A stretch of 64,000 bases of DNA from Longimicrobiales bacterium. Lineage in GTDB: Bacteria; Gemmatimonadota; Gemmatimonadetes; Longimicrobiales; Gaopeijiaceae. Location of the stretch: the NCBI GenBank assembly GCA_965238005.1, contig OZ250165.1, positions 4,416,001 through 4,480,000 of the forward strand, written 5' to 3'. The stretch's first letter is position 1. Each line of letters starts with the position of its first letter. Of this stretch, positions 10,663 through 20,704 are shown piece by piece. Made by a program: the position numbers and the translations under genes. A model generated the notes under the pieces. The model made no database searches. It was not told the origin of the DNA and was given only the letters and a program-made list of their open reading frames with translations.

Positions 10663-10835
10663 AGATTGCTGACCCGACCCCCCACGCACATCTCCCTCGG
10701 GCCGGTCGCTCCCGGCTTGCTGTCCACCCGTGCTCCGCAAAAACACCTCATCGGCCTTGCCGGGCAGCGATTCCAGGAACGGGCTACCAGGCGCTGAGAT
10801 TCCAGAGGCCAAAGGGGCCTCGGCGAGCTATCCGC

Positions 10836-12737
10836 TCACTTCCCCGCCACCCCCACCATCTGCCCGCGCCTCCAGCGTCGAACCTCGAGGATGAGGTTCT
10901 GGAGGTCTGCCGGTGAGACGCCGGGGATGCGGGCCGCCTGGGCCAGTGAGGCCGGACGGATCTGCGACAGCTTCTCCCTCGCCTCGTGCGACAAGTTCAG
11001 GAAGGCTGTGTACGGAATGTCGTCGGGGAGCTCGAATGTGGCCTGCTCCCTCAGCTTCTCGGCCCTCTCGGCCTCCCGTCGCACATATCCCTCGTACTTG
11101 ACCTCCACCTCGACTGCGGCCACGGCGTCGCCCTCGGCATCCGGATCGAAGGGTGCGCCCCCGACTACGGCGAGCTTCCTCGCTGGCACCTGGGGGCGCT
11201 TGAGCAGCTCCGCGGCTCGCACCGACTGCTGAATCGGAGGCGTGCCACACTCGGCCAAAAGCGGATTCACCGCCGACGGCTTCACTACCGTCTCGACGAA
11301 CCACCTCCGGATGCGCGTCTCCCGTTCCACCCGATCGCTCATGGCGCCCTGCTGATCCCCGGTCAGGAGCCCCGCCTCACGGGCCACGGGACCCAGCCGC
11401 CGCGGCGCGTTGTCCTGACGGAGCATGAGCCTGAACTCGGCCCTGGACGTGAACAGCCGGTAGGGCTCATCGACACCCTTCGTGATCAGGTCGTCGATGA
11501 GAACCCCGATGTACGCCTGGTCCCTCTCCAGGATGAACGGGCTCCTACCGAGAGCGCTCAAGCCGGCGTTGGCTCCGGCGATCAGCCCCTGACCGGCCGC
11601 CTCCTCGTAGCCGGTGGTTCCGTTGATCTGTCCGGCGAAGTAGAGTCCGGGGATCGCCCTCACCTCCAGCGTGTGCCTGAGCTGGTGGGGCGGGAAGTAG
11701 TCGTACTCGATGGCGTACCCGACCTTGGTGACCTGGACGCGCTCGAGCCCGGGGACGGTCCGGAGGAAGTCGATCTGCACCTGTGGAGGCAGAGACGTGG
11801 ACAGCCCGTTCACGTACAGCTCCGTCGTCTCCAGTCCCTCGGGCTCCAGGAACACCTGGTGGCGAGGCGCGTCCGGGAAGCGCACGATCTTGTCCTCTAT
11901 AGAGGGACAATACCGGGGCCCCCGTCCGGAAATCTCGCCCCCGAAGAGCGCGCTACGGTCGAGGTTGTCCTCTACAACACGGCGGAGGTCCTCTCCCGTC
12001 CACGTGATCCAGCAAGGACGCTGCTCGGGCACGCGCTCCTCGGTGTATGCGGAGAAACGGAAGTCCTCCGGATCGCCGTCCTGCCTCTCGGTCCGCGAAT
12101 AGTCCACGGTCCGGCCGTCGATGCGGGGCGGCGTCCCGGTCTTGAAGCGGGCGATCTCGAGACCACGGGCCTCCAGCTCCTCGGCCAACGCCACCGACGG
12201 AGCCTCGCCGGCACGACCCGCCCCCACCCCGGCCTCGCCTCCGATGTGGATCCTCCCCCGCAGGAAGGTCCCGGCCGTCACCACGACGGTCTCGCCGCGG
12301 AACTCCAGGCTCCCACGCGCCCGGACGCCCACGGCTCGGCCCCCCTCCATCACCAGCCCGGTCACCATCTCCTGGAAGAGGGCCAGGTTGGGGAGCTCAT
12401 CCAGCGCCCGTCGAACCGCGCGGGGATACAGGCCACGGTCGCACTGGGCCCGGGGACTCCAGACGGCAGGCCCCTTGGAGCGATTGAGCATGCGGAACTG
12501 AATGCGGGAAGCGTCGGTCGCGCGCCCCATGATGCCCCCAAGGGCGTCCACCTCGCGCACCACCACCCCCTTGGCCACCCCACCGATGGCGGGATTGCAG
12601 CTCATCTGCCCGACCCTGGACAGGTCGGGTGTGATCAGGAGGGTCCGCGCACCGACCCGGGCCGCAGCAGCGGCCGCTTCGGAGCCCGCGTGGCCTCCTC
12701 CCACGACGATGACGTCGTAGCGCTCGACGAGCATCAC
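10836..12737 (-). CDS. mnmG: tRNA uridine-5-carboxymethylaminomethyl modification enzyme MnmG (GidA)
   Basis: GGGHAG, MSCNPAIGG, KTGTPPR, GPRYCPSIEDK, GQINGTTGYEEA. Confidence 0.97.
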   Translation of the reverse strand: MMLVERYDVIVVGGGHAGSEAAAAAARVGARTLLITPDLSRVGQMSCNPAIGGVAKGVVVREVDALGGIMGRATDASRIQFRMLNRSKGPAVWSPRAQCDRGLYPRAVRRALDELPNLALFQEMVTGLVMEGGRAVGVRARGSLEFRGETVVVTAGTFLRGRIHIGGEAGVGAGRAGEAPSVALAEELEARGLEIARFKTGTPPRIDGRTVDYSRTERQDGDPEDFRFSAYTEERVPEQRPCWITWTGEDLRRVVEDNLDRSALFGGEISGRGPRYCPSIEDKIVRFPDAPRHQVFLEPEGLETTELYVNGLSTSLPPQVQIDFLRTVPGLERVQVTKVGYAIEYDYFPPHQLRHTLEVRAIPGLYFAGQINGTTGYEEAAGQGLIAGANAGLSALGRSPFILERDQAYIGVLIDDLITKGVDEPYRLFTSRAEFRLMLRQDNAPRRLGPVAREAGLLTGDQQGAMSDRVERETRIRRWFVETVVKPSAVNPLLAECGTPPIQQSVRAAELLKRPQVPARKLAVVGGAPFDPDAEGDAVAAVEVEVKYEGYVRREAERAEKLREQATFELPDDIPYTAFLNLSHEAREKLSQIRPASLAQAARIPGVSPADLQNLILEVRRWRRGQMVGVAGK

Positions 12738-13039
12738 ATGATCCCGAACTCGCAGATGATCTCGAACTGGCCCGGGAGGGACCGCTCCGACGGGAACCGC
12801 TCCACGCCGTCCACCCTCGCCCCCGGCGGTCCCTCGGCCAGGTGGGCCGCGAAAAGCCCCACGGACTCCTCGTCACCGCCGGCGTGCACCTCTACGCTCC
12901 CGTCCATGTGATTCAGGACCACGCCCCGAAGCCCGAGGCTGGCCGCCGTCCGGCGGGCCCACCACCGGAAGCCGACGCCCTGGACCCGGCCCTTGACCCG
13001 GAATCCCACCTGAAGCGCCGTGTGCTCGTCCGTCATCAC
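12734..13039 (-). CDS. Acylphosphatase
   Basis: GRVQGVGFR, V.N..DGSVE, GPP.ARV. Confidence 0.92.
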   Translation of the reverse strand: MMTDEHTALQVGFRVKGRVQGVGFRWWARRTAASLGLRGVVLNHMDGSVEVHAGGDEESVGLFAAHLAEGPPGARVDGVERFPSERSLPGQFEIICEFGIM

Positions 13040-14553
13040 TTGCCGATGCAGAAGTCGCGAAAGACCCGGTCTAGAACCTCGTCGGTGGATATCACTCCCA
13101 GCAACTCTTCCAGTGCCGTCTCGGCCGGTCGCAGGTGCGTCGAAGCCATCTCCACCGGCACCTCCCCCTCCAGCGCCGCGATGAACTCCGCCACGTGATC
13201 CCGGGCCGTGCGCACCCCCTCGCTGTGTCGGGCCCGGGTCAGCGCCGGCACGGACACGCCCGTACGAACGAAGCCACGGTACACGAAGGAGGGCAGAAGT
13301 TCCTGTAGACGTGCGATACCGGTGCCATCCACCACCGAGACCTCGAGGACCTCACGACCCTCCGATCCCCCGCCCTCGGACCCGTCGCCGCCGGACCCCT
13401 CGCTCGAAGACTCCTTCCGGGAGGGATCGATCTCAGACTCCGTCTCGGACGCGGACGCCTCCGCCGGGTGCTCCGTCGAGGGGTCGACCGGCACCAGATC
13501 CGCCGTCGCTTGCAGATCCACCTTCGTTCGGAGGATGACCACCGGCACCTCCCCCAGCTCCTCCAGGAACCGTCGCTCGTCCTCCAGCGGCTCCCTGCCG
13601 CTCTCCACGCAGAAGAGCACCAGGTCCGCGCTGTCCAGGTATTTCTGCGCCACCTCGATGCCCAGGCGCTCCACGGTCTCTTCCGTGTCGCGAATGCCGG
13701 CCGTATCCACGAGCCTGAAGGGAAAGCCGCCTAGCGACACCACGGCCTCCAGCGCGTCACGGGTCGTTCCGGGGATCTCGGTGACGATGGCCCGCTCCTG
13801 GCCCAGGAGCGCGTTGAAGAGGCTCGACTTGCCCGAGTTGGGAAGTCCCGCCAGAACCGTGAGGGCCCCCTCACGGAGAAGCTCCCCCTCGGGGGCCGTG
13901 CTCAGGAGCTCGTCTAGGGCATCGAGCAGGGCCCTCCCCTCTTCCACGACGCGCTCCACCGGAACCGGCGCCTCGTCCTCCTCGGGGAAGTCGATGTGAT
14001 GCACCAGGAGGACCTCCACGGTGACGAGTCGCTGCCGGAGCGCGCCGATCCGCCGGCTGAGGCCCCGCTCCAGCTGGAACAGGGCGCTGTCGTGCAGCGC
14101 CCGGCTGCGCCCCTCCACCAGGTCCAGCACCGCCTCGGCCTGCACCAGGTCCATCTTGCCATGCAGGACCGCTCTCCGCGTGAACTCCCCGGGCTCGGCG
14201 AGACGGGCGCCGGCCGCCTGGCACGCCTCCAGTACCAGAGCGGGCACCAGCCATCCCCCATGACTCGAGATCTCCACCACGTCCTCGCCGGTGTAGCTGT
14301 CGGGCCCGGGGAAGGTGGTGACCAGAGCGCGATCCAGAAGTTCACCCGTCTTCGGATCGCTGACCGATACGAGACGGGGCGAGCGGCTTGGGACGTCGTC
14401 GGGGTGATGGGGCGTGAGGGCCCGGAGAATCTCGAAGGCCCGGCCGCCGGAGAGCCGAACCATGGCAACGGCGCCCACGCCCTGGGCCGTCGCCACCGCT
14501 GCGATGGTATCCACCGCAGGCCCGCTCGGCCGGCCGGAGACCTCCTCAGTCAC
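13036..14553 (-). CDS. mnmE: tRNA modification GTPase MnmE (TrmE)
   Basis: DTIAA.AT, SYTGED, GKSSL, PGTTRD, DTAG, C-terminal FCIGK. Confidence 0.97.
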   Translation of the reverse strand: MTEEVSGRPSGPAVDTIAAVATAQGVGAVAMVRLSGGRAFEILRALTPHHPDDVPSRSPRLVSVSDPKTGELLDRALVTTFPGPDSYTGEDVVEISSHGGWLVPALVLEACQAAGARLAEPGEFTRRAVLHGKMDLVQAEAVLDLVEGRSRALHDSALFQLERGLSRRIGALRQRLVTVEVLLVHHIDFPEEDEAPVPVERVVEEGRALLDALDELLSTAPEGELLREGALTVLAGLPNSGKSSLFNALLGQERAIVTEIPGTTRDALEAVVSLGGFPFRLVDTAGIRDTEETVERLGIEVAQKYLDSADLVLFCVESGREPLEDERRFLEELGEVPVVILRTKVDLQATADLVPVDPSTEHPAEASASETESEIDPSRKESSSEGSGGDGSEGGGSEGREVLEVSVVDGTGIARLQELLPSFVYRGFVRTGVSVPALTRARHSEGVRTARDHVAEFIAALEGEVPVEMASTHLRPAETALEELLGVISTDEVLDRVFRDFCIGK

Positions 14554-16306
14554 CGCTGGTGGCGGGCCTCAAGGGTCCCTGAGCCTTGAGCTTCTGACGC
14601 TCCTTGGCGATCCAGTACTGCTGGGGCAGCGTGGCCAGGTTCGCCGTCGCGTAATAGAGGTTCAGCCCCGACGCGAAGTTCATGAAGATGAAGGTCATCA
14701 TGATGGGCATCATCCACAGCATCATCTTCATCTGGGGATTCGGCTCCGGCATCGACCGCATCGAGATCCACTGCATGAGGAACATGGATACGCCCAGGAG
14801 CACCGGCAGAACGTAGATCGGATCGGCCGCCGCGAGGTTGGGGAGCCAGAGGAAGCTCTCACCCCTGAGCTGAATCGTGTTTTGGAAGACGAAGAAGAGC
14901 GTGATGAGTACCGGCCAAGGGAGCAGCATGGGAAGGCACCCGGCGACCGGGTTGAAGCCGTGGTCCTTGTACAGCTTCATCATCTCCTTCTGGAGCTTCT
15001 CGGGTTGGTCCTTGTACTTCTTCTGGATCTCCTGGAGAAGCGGCTGGACGGCCATGTTCCGCATCTGCGCCCGCATGGCCTTCTGGTTCAGCGGAAAGAG
15101 CAGGACCCGCATCATCACACCGAAGATGATGAGCACCCAGCCGTAGCCGACGTTCAGGTTGCTGTGCAGGAAGTTCAGGATCGCCATCACGATCGCGACG
15201 ACGGGGCGGACCACGACCCGCATCCAGCGATACCCGTAGGGGTTCGCTTCCTCCAGCTCGTTTCCGTAGGCCGTGAGGAGATCCCGCTCCTGGGGCCCCA
15301 GGAACAGCCGATAGCTCACCGTTCCGCTGTTCCCGAGAGGCTGGGTCACGGCCACCTCGGCCTGGTCGTCTCCGGGCGCCGGGCCGGCGATGAGGCCACC
15401 GAGGTACTGCTCGTCACCTCCCACGCCGGGCAGGATCGCGAACAGGAAGTACTTGCTCTTGAGGGCGGACCAGATGAGCGGTCCCTGGACGACCCGATCC
15501 TCATCCACCTTCCGCATGGGCTCGGCTTGAATGCCTTCCCGGAGGTGGTTCGTCACATAGCCCATCACCCGCGACTCTTCGGCCTGCCGCGCTTCGTTGT
15601 ACGCCAGGCCCGTTCCCATGTCCGTCACCAGAAGCGCCCGATCCACGCCGGTGAGGCCGGTCGTCACCCCGACTTCGTAGGACAACGGATCGAAGGTGTA
15701 GGTCGTCTCGAATGTGAGTGCGCCCGAGGGATGCCTGTAGGTGAAGGTCAGGGCCTGGGGCCCGTCGCCCTCCATCAAGCGTATCCCCTCCCGGGGAACG
15801 ACCTCGAAGGGGAGATTGCTGAGGTCGAGGCTACCTCGGTCGGTCCGGACCTCGGCGCCCAGGGCACCGAGGCCGCCCTCGGGGAAGAACTCCACCGGAC
15901 CGTCGCGGGCGAACGACTGAAACTGGATCAGCTGGGCGGAGGTCAGTCGAGCGCCGTAATTGCTGAATGCGAACCGGTAGAGGGGACTCTCCACGACGAT
16001 GGTCTCGAGCGGGACGCGGCTGGGCTGCTCCCCCGGCTCGGGCCCCGCTTCGGTCACTACCCGTTCTGTCGCCGGCGGCTGCCGCAGGTCCCCGAGGATG
16101 GCCGGCACGGTCTCGGTAGGCACCTCTCCGGGCGCTGCGAGCCCAGGCTCTCCGACGGTCTCGCCGGGGCCCTGGACGGAGGTCACCGAGTCCGCAGCGG
16201 ACGGAGCGAGCTCCTCGGGCGGGATGGGCGGAAAGAGCATGTTCGTCGTCACCAGGACGAGGATCATCAGCGTGATCGCCAGGAGGAACCGGGCTTGCTG
16301 ATTCAT
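14546..16306 (-). CDS. yidC: Membrane protein insertase YidC
   Basis: Periplasmic domain, YGW..I, NPVAGCLP, FLWLPNL, GLNLYY. Confidence 0.95.
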   Translation of the reverse strand: MNQQARFLLAITLMILVLVTTNMLFPPIPPEELAPSAADSVTSVQGPGETVGEPGLAAPGEVPTETVPAILGDLRQPPATERVVTEAGPEPGEQPSRVPLETIVVESPLYRFAFSNYGARLTSAQLIQFQSFARDGPVEFFPEGGLGALGAEVRTDRGSLDLSNLPFEVVPREGIRLMEGDGPQALTFTYRHPSGALTFETTYTFDPLSYEVGVTTGLTGVDRALLVTDMGTGLAYNEARQAEESRVMGYVTNHLREGIQAEPMRKVDEDRVVQGPLIWSALKSKYFLFAILPGVGGDEQYLGGLIAGPAPGDDQAEVAVTQPLGNSGTVSYRLFLGPQERDLLTAYGNELEEANPYGYRWMRVVVRPVVAIVMAILNFLHSNLNVGYGWVLIIFGVMMRVLLFPLNQKAMRAQMRNMAVQPLLQEIQKKYKDQPEKLQKEMMKLYKDHGFNPVAGCLPMLLPWPVLITLFFVFQNTIQLRGESFLWLPNLAAADPIYVLPVLLGVSMFLMQWISMRSMPEPNPQMKMMLWMMPIMMTFIFMNFASGLNLYYATANLATLPQQYWIAKERQKLKAQGPLRPATSGD

Positions 16307-16549
16307 CTATCCTTCACTTCCACGTCGATTCGAGTGGGCGACCTCGAGGTCTTCCGGCACCGGGTCGTGGCCCCGCCCTCCGAACGGCCGGCAGCGCAGA
16401 ATGCGCTTGAGGGCGAGCCAGCTCCCACGGGCGCCGTAATGCTCCACGGCCACCGCCGCGTACTCCGAGCATGTGGGTGAGAACCGGCAAGAGGAACGGG
16501 TATACGGCGAGATCCCCCGCTGATAGAACCGGATCACTCTGAGGATCAT
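16307..16549 (-). CDS. yidD: Membrane protein insertion efficiency factor YidD
   Basis: [29 protein letters not shown]. Confidence 0.93.
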   Translation of the reverse strand: MILRVIRFYQRGISPYTRSSCRFSPTCSEYAAVAVEHYGARGSWLALKRILRCRPFGGRGHDPVPEDLEVAHSNRRGSEG

Positions 16550-16950
16550 TCGCCCAAGCACAAGTCCTCCGTCACCGCCTGAAGCTCTGCCCTCAGAGTA
16601 CGGAAACCGGCAGTGTATGCTTCTCTCCGGGCCCTTACCAGCACGTCCAACCCCAACCCTTCCTCCCTGAGCCGCGGGAGCACTTGAGTTCGCCCGATCT
16701 CCCGCAGTCGTCGCTTCACGCGGTTCCGCTGGACAATCGAGTGCCTGTGTTTGGGAACGATGATTCCCCACCGGCTTCTGGAAGCGGGTGAAGACAAAAA
16801 GAAGACGTCCAAATTGGGCGTCTTCTTCCGCGTGCCCCGCCGGAGGAGCGATCGAATGTCTCGAGTCTGGCTGATTCGTACCGAGCGTGGAAAACGGACC
16901 TCACCGGTCCTGCTCGGACCCGGCCCGGCCGCCGAGCGGGCCGCGTTCAT
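16546..16950 (-). CDS. rnpA: RNase P protein component
   Basis: [13 protein letters not shown] (RNR motif); synteny with rpmH and yidD. Confidence 0.92.
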   Translation of the reverse strand: MNAARSAAGPGPSRTGEVRFPRSVRISQTRDIRSLLRRGTRKKTPNLDVFFLSSPASRSRWGIIVPKHRHSIVQRNRVKRRLREIGRTQVLPRLREEGLGLDVLVRARREAYTAGFRTLRAELQAVTEDLCLGE

Positions 16951-16954
16951 GCGA

Positions 16955-17104
16955 TTACTTCGAGCCGATCTTCACCACCAGGCGAGCGCGTCCCCGCGCC
17001 CGTCGCCGCGCCAGCGTCCTCCGCCCCCCGCGAGTCTTCATCCGCTCACGATAGCCGTGCTTGTTCACGCGCTTCCGATTGCGAGGCCTATATGTGGGCT
17101 TCAT
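16955..17104 (-). CDS. rpmH: 50S ribosomal protein L34
   Basis: [35 protein letters not shown]. Confidence 0.95.
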   Translation of the reverse strand: MKPTYRPRNRKRVNKHGYRERMKTRGGRRTLARRRARGRARLVVKIGSK

Positions 17105-17334
17105 AGCCTTGGAGCCTTCTTTCGTCGTCCCAGGACCCGCGCCGCGGGCCGCCAAAAAATAGGCACGGAAAGATATCCGAGAGCGTGAACCAAGGTCAAG
17201 CCCGACCTGGCTAACAGCGCCGAAACTCCTTGACCCGAGCCGCCGAATTGACTTTTCCACATCAGAATTCTAGCGTGCTTGACCGCCAACTCTCCGCTAG
17301 ATTTCGCGATTGTCCAGACATTCCAACGGAGCGC

Positions 17335-18708
17335 ATGGAGTTCACCGCCGAAGACCTGTGGTCAAAGGTCCTCGAGGCAGCCCGAGGCCGCCTTCAGGAG
17401 CAGACCTATCGTACCTGGCTGGCAGGTACGGCGGCGGTGGGACTCACCGACTCGGAGCTCTTGGTGGAGGCACCGAGCCAGTTCCACGTGGAGTGGGTGG
17501 AGGACAAGTACGGGCCCCTCCTGGGGGACATGATCGAGCAGATCCTGGGGCGTCCACTCCGGCTCAAGCTCCAGTGTGGAGACGCAGCCGCCCCGCTCTC
17601 GGTCCCGACCGTCGAGGTGGCCGCCCCCGACGTGGCTCGGTCCGCACCGGCGGCCGAAGCCTCCACTCCCCGGCCGTCCCTGAACGAGCGGTACACCTTC
17701 GACCGGTTCGTGGTGGGGGACAACGCCCAACTGGCAACAGCGGCCTGCAACGCCGTGGCCGAGAAGCCGGCACGGATGTACAACCCGCTCTTCCTCTACG
17801 GCGGCGTGGGCCTGGGTAAGACCCATCTCATGCACGCCATCGGAAACGTCATTCGCGAGACGATGCCCTCGAGCCGGATCGCCTACCTTCCGACGGAGCA
17901 GTTCACCAACGACCTCGTGACTGCCATCCAGCAGGGGACCACCCCCGAATTTCGACGGCGGTACCGTCAGATAGACCTGTTGCTCGTGGACGACATCCAG
18001 TTTCTGCAGGGGAAGGAGCGAACCCAGGAGGAGTTCTTCCACACGTTCAACGCTCTCTACGACGCACACAAGCAGATCGTTCTCACCAGTGATCGGCCGC
18101 CGAAGGAGCTCCCGGGGCTCGAGGAGCGGCTCATCTCCCGCTTCGAGTGGGGGCTGGTGGCCGACATCAAACAGCCCGACTACGAGACGCGCATCGCCAT
18201 CCTCCGGAAGAAGGCTGCGGACGACGACCTCACGCTCGACCACGACGTCATCGATTTCATCGCCCGCTTTTGCACCTCCTCGGTCCGGGAGCTCGAAGGC
18301 GCGGTGATCAAGCTCCTGGCTTATTCGTCCCTCACCCATCAGGAAATCACGGTCGAGTTGGCGCGAACCGCGCTTCAGGGAACCTTCGGATACGAGCCCG
18401 GTTCGGCGGGGGAGCGGGTGACCTCCGAGCGCATCCGAGAGGTGGTAGCGAAGCACTGGCACGTACGCGATGAGGCCCTGAGCTCGAAGCGCCGGACGAA
18501 AGACTTGACGGTCCCCCGCCAGGTCGCCATGTACCTGATCAGAGATCTCCTCGACGACTCCCTAATACAGATAGGAAAGCTGTTCGGAGGCCGGGATCAC
18601 TCGACCGTAATCCACTCGATTCGTAAGGTAGAGGAGACGATGGCGGGCGATCCCTCGTTTCGAAGAAGCATTCAAGCCGTGCGGGACGAGTTGATGAAAC
18701 CGGTCTGA
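17335..18708 (+). CDS. dnaA: Chromosomal replication initiator DnaA
   Basis: YNPLFLYGGVGLGKTHL, DDIQF, QEEFFHTFN, GGRDHSTV. Confidence 0.98.
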   Translation: MEFTAEDLWSKVLEAARGRLQEQTYRTWLAGTAAVGLTDSELLVEAPSQFHVEWVEDKYGPLLGDMIEQILGRPLRLKLQCGDAAAPLSVPTVEVAAPDVARSAPAAEASTPRPSLNERYTFDRFVVGDNAQLATAACNAVAEKPARMYNPLFLYGGVGLGKTHLMHAIGNVIRETMPSSRIAYLPTEQFTNDLVTAIQQGTTPEFRRRYRQIDLLLVDDIQFLQGKERTQEEFFHTFNALYDAHKQIVLTSDRPPKELPGLEERLISRFEWGLVADIKQPDYETRIAILRKKAADDDLTLDHDVIDFIARFCTSSVRELEGAVIKLLAYSSLTHQEITVELARTALQGTFGYEPGSAGERVTSERIREVVAKHWHVRDEALSSKRRTKDLTVPRQVAMYLIRDLLDDSLIQIGKLFGGRDHSTVIHSIRKVEETMAGDPSFRRSIQAVRDELMKPV

Positions 18709-18956
18709 TGGGCCTGGATAGACGTGTGGAAGACGGCTAGGTTTTCTCCGAGTTTTCTACGGGAGGAAGAGGCCGCAGAAATTGTTCACGCTTTCCACAA
18801 TGATGTGGCACAGTGGAAGCTCCTGCAGGGGCAGGGCGAAATCCCGGTCCTCCACACTTCCACACTCTCTACTACTACTAGTTTTTTCTTATAGTGTAAT
18901 CTTTAATAAATAGCCACTGTGAAAAACCCGGGCTCAACAGACGCCGTGGAGGCTCG
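18709..18956. promoter_or_regulatory. oriC (dnaA-dnaN intergenic)
   Basis: DnaA-box-like TGTGGAAGA (18725), CTTTCCACA (18791), TCCACACTTCCACA (18851-18864), TGTGAAAAA (18918); (CTA)4 DnaA-trios 18869-18880; AT-rich tract 18881-18912. Confidence 0.9.
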
Positions 18957-20081
18957 ATGAACTGCACCATCACTCGGCAGAACCTTCACAAGGGCCTCGC
19001 CGCCGTTTCGGCGAGCATTCCTACGAAGACGACTCTCCCGGTTCTTTCCAACATCTTGTTGGAGGCAGGACAAGACGGGGTGTGGATGAGCGGCACGGAC
19101 CTCGACGTTGCGGTGCGTGTATGGGTGCTCGCCGAGGTCAAGGAGCAGGGCAGCCTGACGGCTCCTGGAAAGAAGCTACAGGAGATCGCCCGCGAGCTCC
19201 CCGATCAACCGGTCGAGGTGACGACGACGGCTGATCAGATCGAGCTCAAGTGTGGACCAAGCCACTTCAAGTTGAACGGGCTGCCCAGCGACGAGTTTCC
19301 CACGCTCCCCGAGGTGGACTTCAAAGAGGGGTGGAGGGTCAAGGGTGGCGACCTTCATAGGCTCATCAAGCACACGTCCTTTGCGGTATCCACCGAAGAG
19401 AGCCGCCCCATTCTGAACGGCGTCCTCTGGGAGCTTCGCGAGGGGCACATGCGCATGGTGGCCACGAATGGTCACAGGCTGGCCCGCATGGGGATTCCGG
19501 TTTCCTCCTCCAGCGCCTCCAGCACGCCCAGCGCCGACTTTATCGTGCCACCGGTGGCGCTGCAGCAGGTCCAGCGCCTGTTCGAGCAGGAGGACGATCT
19601 GGAGGTGGCCCGGAGCGGAAACCACCTAGGGTTCAAGGCCGGAGGTACGGAGGTCTACACGCGCCTGATCGAGGGAAGCTATCCGAACTACGAACAGGTC
19701 ATCCCGAAGGATAATGACAAGTTCGCTATCGTCGACAAGAATGCGTTGGCGTCCGCGGTGCGTCGAATGGCGGTGGTCGCGAGCGATCAGACCCATCGCA
19801 TCCGGATGATGTTCGAGGCGAACCGGGTCCACCTGAATGTCCTCACTCCCGATCTCGGAGAGGGAGAAGACGAGCTCGAGCTCAGCTACGAAGGAGAAGG
19901 CCTGGAGATCGGGTTCAACGCCGCGTATCTGCTCGAAGTGCTCCGTCACATGGAGACCGACGACGTAAAGCTCACGTTGAAGGCTCCCGAGCGGGCGGCC
20001 ACCATCGAGCCCGTAATGCCGGATGGGGAAGACCCGGTAGACTACCTCTGCCTAGTCATGCCTCTCAGGCTGCTCGACTGA
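18957..20081 (+). CDS. dnaN: DNA polymerase III beta clamp
   Basis: LPVLSNILL, SRPILNG, VATNGHRL, YPNYEQVIP, VMPLRL. Confidence 0.97.
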   Translation: MNCTITRQNLHKGLAAVSASIPTKTTLPVLSNILLEAGQDGVWMSGTDLDVAVRVWVLAEVKEQGSLTAPGKKLQEIARELPDQPVEVTTTADQIELKCGPSHFKLNGLPSDEFPTLPEVDFKEGWRVKGGDLHRLIKHTSFAVSTEESRPILNGVLWELREGHMRMVATNGHRLARMGIPVSSSSASSTPSADFIVPPVALQQVQRLFEQEDDLEVARSGNHLGFKAGGTEVYTRLIEGSYPNYEQVIPKDNDKFAIVDKNALASAVRRMAVVASDQTHRIRMMFEANRVHLNVLTPDLGEGEDELELSYEGEGLEIGFNAAYLLEVLRHMETDDVKLTLKAPERAATIEPVMPDGEDPVDYLCLVMPLRLLD

Positions 20082-20087
20082 AGAACA

Positions 20088-20666
20088 CTACCTGAATGCG
20101 GCTCCAGCGGCGGTCAAGAGCTCGCCTCCGGTGAACGCCGCAACGAGCGGTAGGCCCAGCTCGCCCAACCGCTCCCTGGCGCCCTCCTCGCGATCCACGA
20201 GACAGAGGACACCGGCGATGCTGGCGCGGTGCTCGCGCACCGCCTCGATGGCCTTGAGCGCGCTTCCCCCGCTGGTGAGGGAATCCTCGATGATCACCAC
20301 CCGGGCGTCCTCGGGTAGACCTCCCTCGATCTGCCGTCCCGTCCCGTGCTCCTTGGCCTCTTTCCGGACGGTGAATCCGTCGAGAGCCCGCTCGCGCCCA
20401 CAGCTGTGGTGGGCGATGGCGTAGGTGACCGGATCGGCACCCAGGGTGAGCCCCCCCACGTGGGATACGTCCCAGCCGGCCTCTTCGATGAGGTCGTAAC
20501 AGACCTTTCCCGTGAGGCGCTGGCCCTCCGCGGTCATGGTGGTCTGGCGGGCGTCCACGTAATAGGACGAACGGGCTCCACTCGCGAGGGTAAAATCTCC
20601 AACACGCACGGAGCGCTCCAAAAGAAGAGCCTTGAGTCGCTCCCGTTCATTCGTTTGTTTGCTCAT
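20088..20666 (-). CDS. pyrE: Orotate phosphoribosyltransferase
   Basis: GDFTLASG, VRKEAKEHG, IIEDSLTSGGS. Confidence 0.95.
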   Translation of the reverse strand: MSKQTNERERLKALLLERSVRVGDFTLASGARSSYYVDARQTTMTAEGQRLTGKVCYDLIEEAGWDVSHVGGLTLGADPVTYAIAHHSCGRERALDGFTVRKEAKEHGTGRQIEGGLPEDARVVIIEDSLTSGGSALKAIEAVREHRASIAGVLCLVDREEGARERLGELGLPLVAAFTGGELLTAAGAAFR

Positions 20667-20704
20667 AGTGCGATCGAACCCTCAATGCTCGACTGGTGTT
20701 CCGG

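Noticed and set aside
10986..16480. Long plus-strand ORFs (641 aa, 688 aa) and similar shadows elsewhere
   Set aside because: Antisense shadows of mnmG/yidC caused by high-GC codon bias; no motifs
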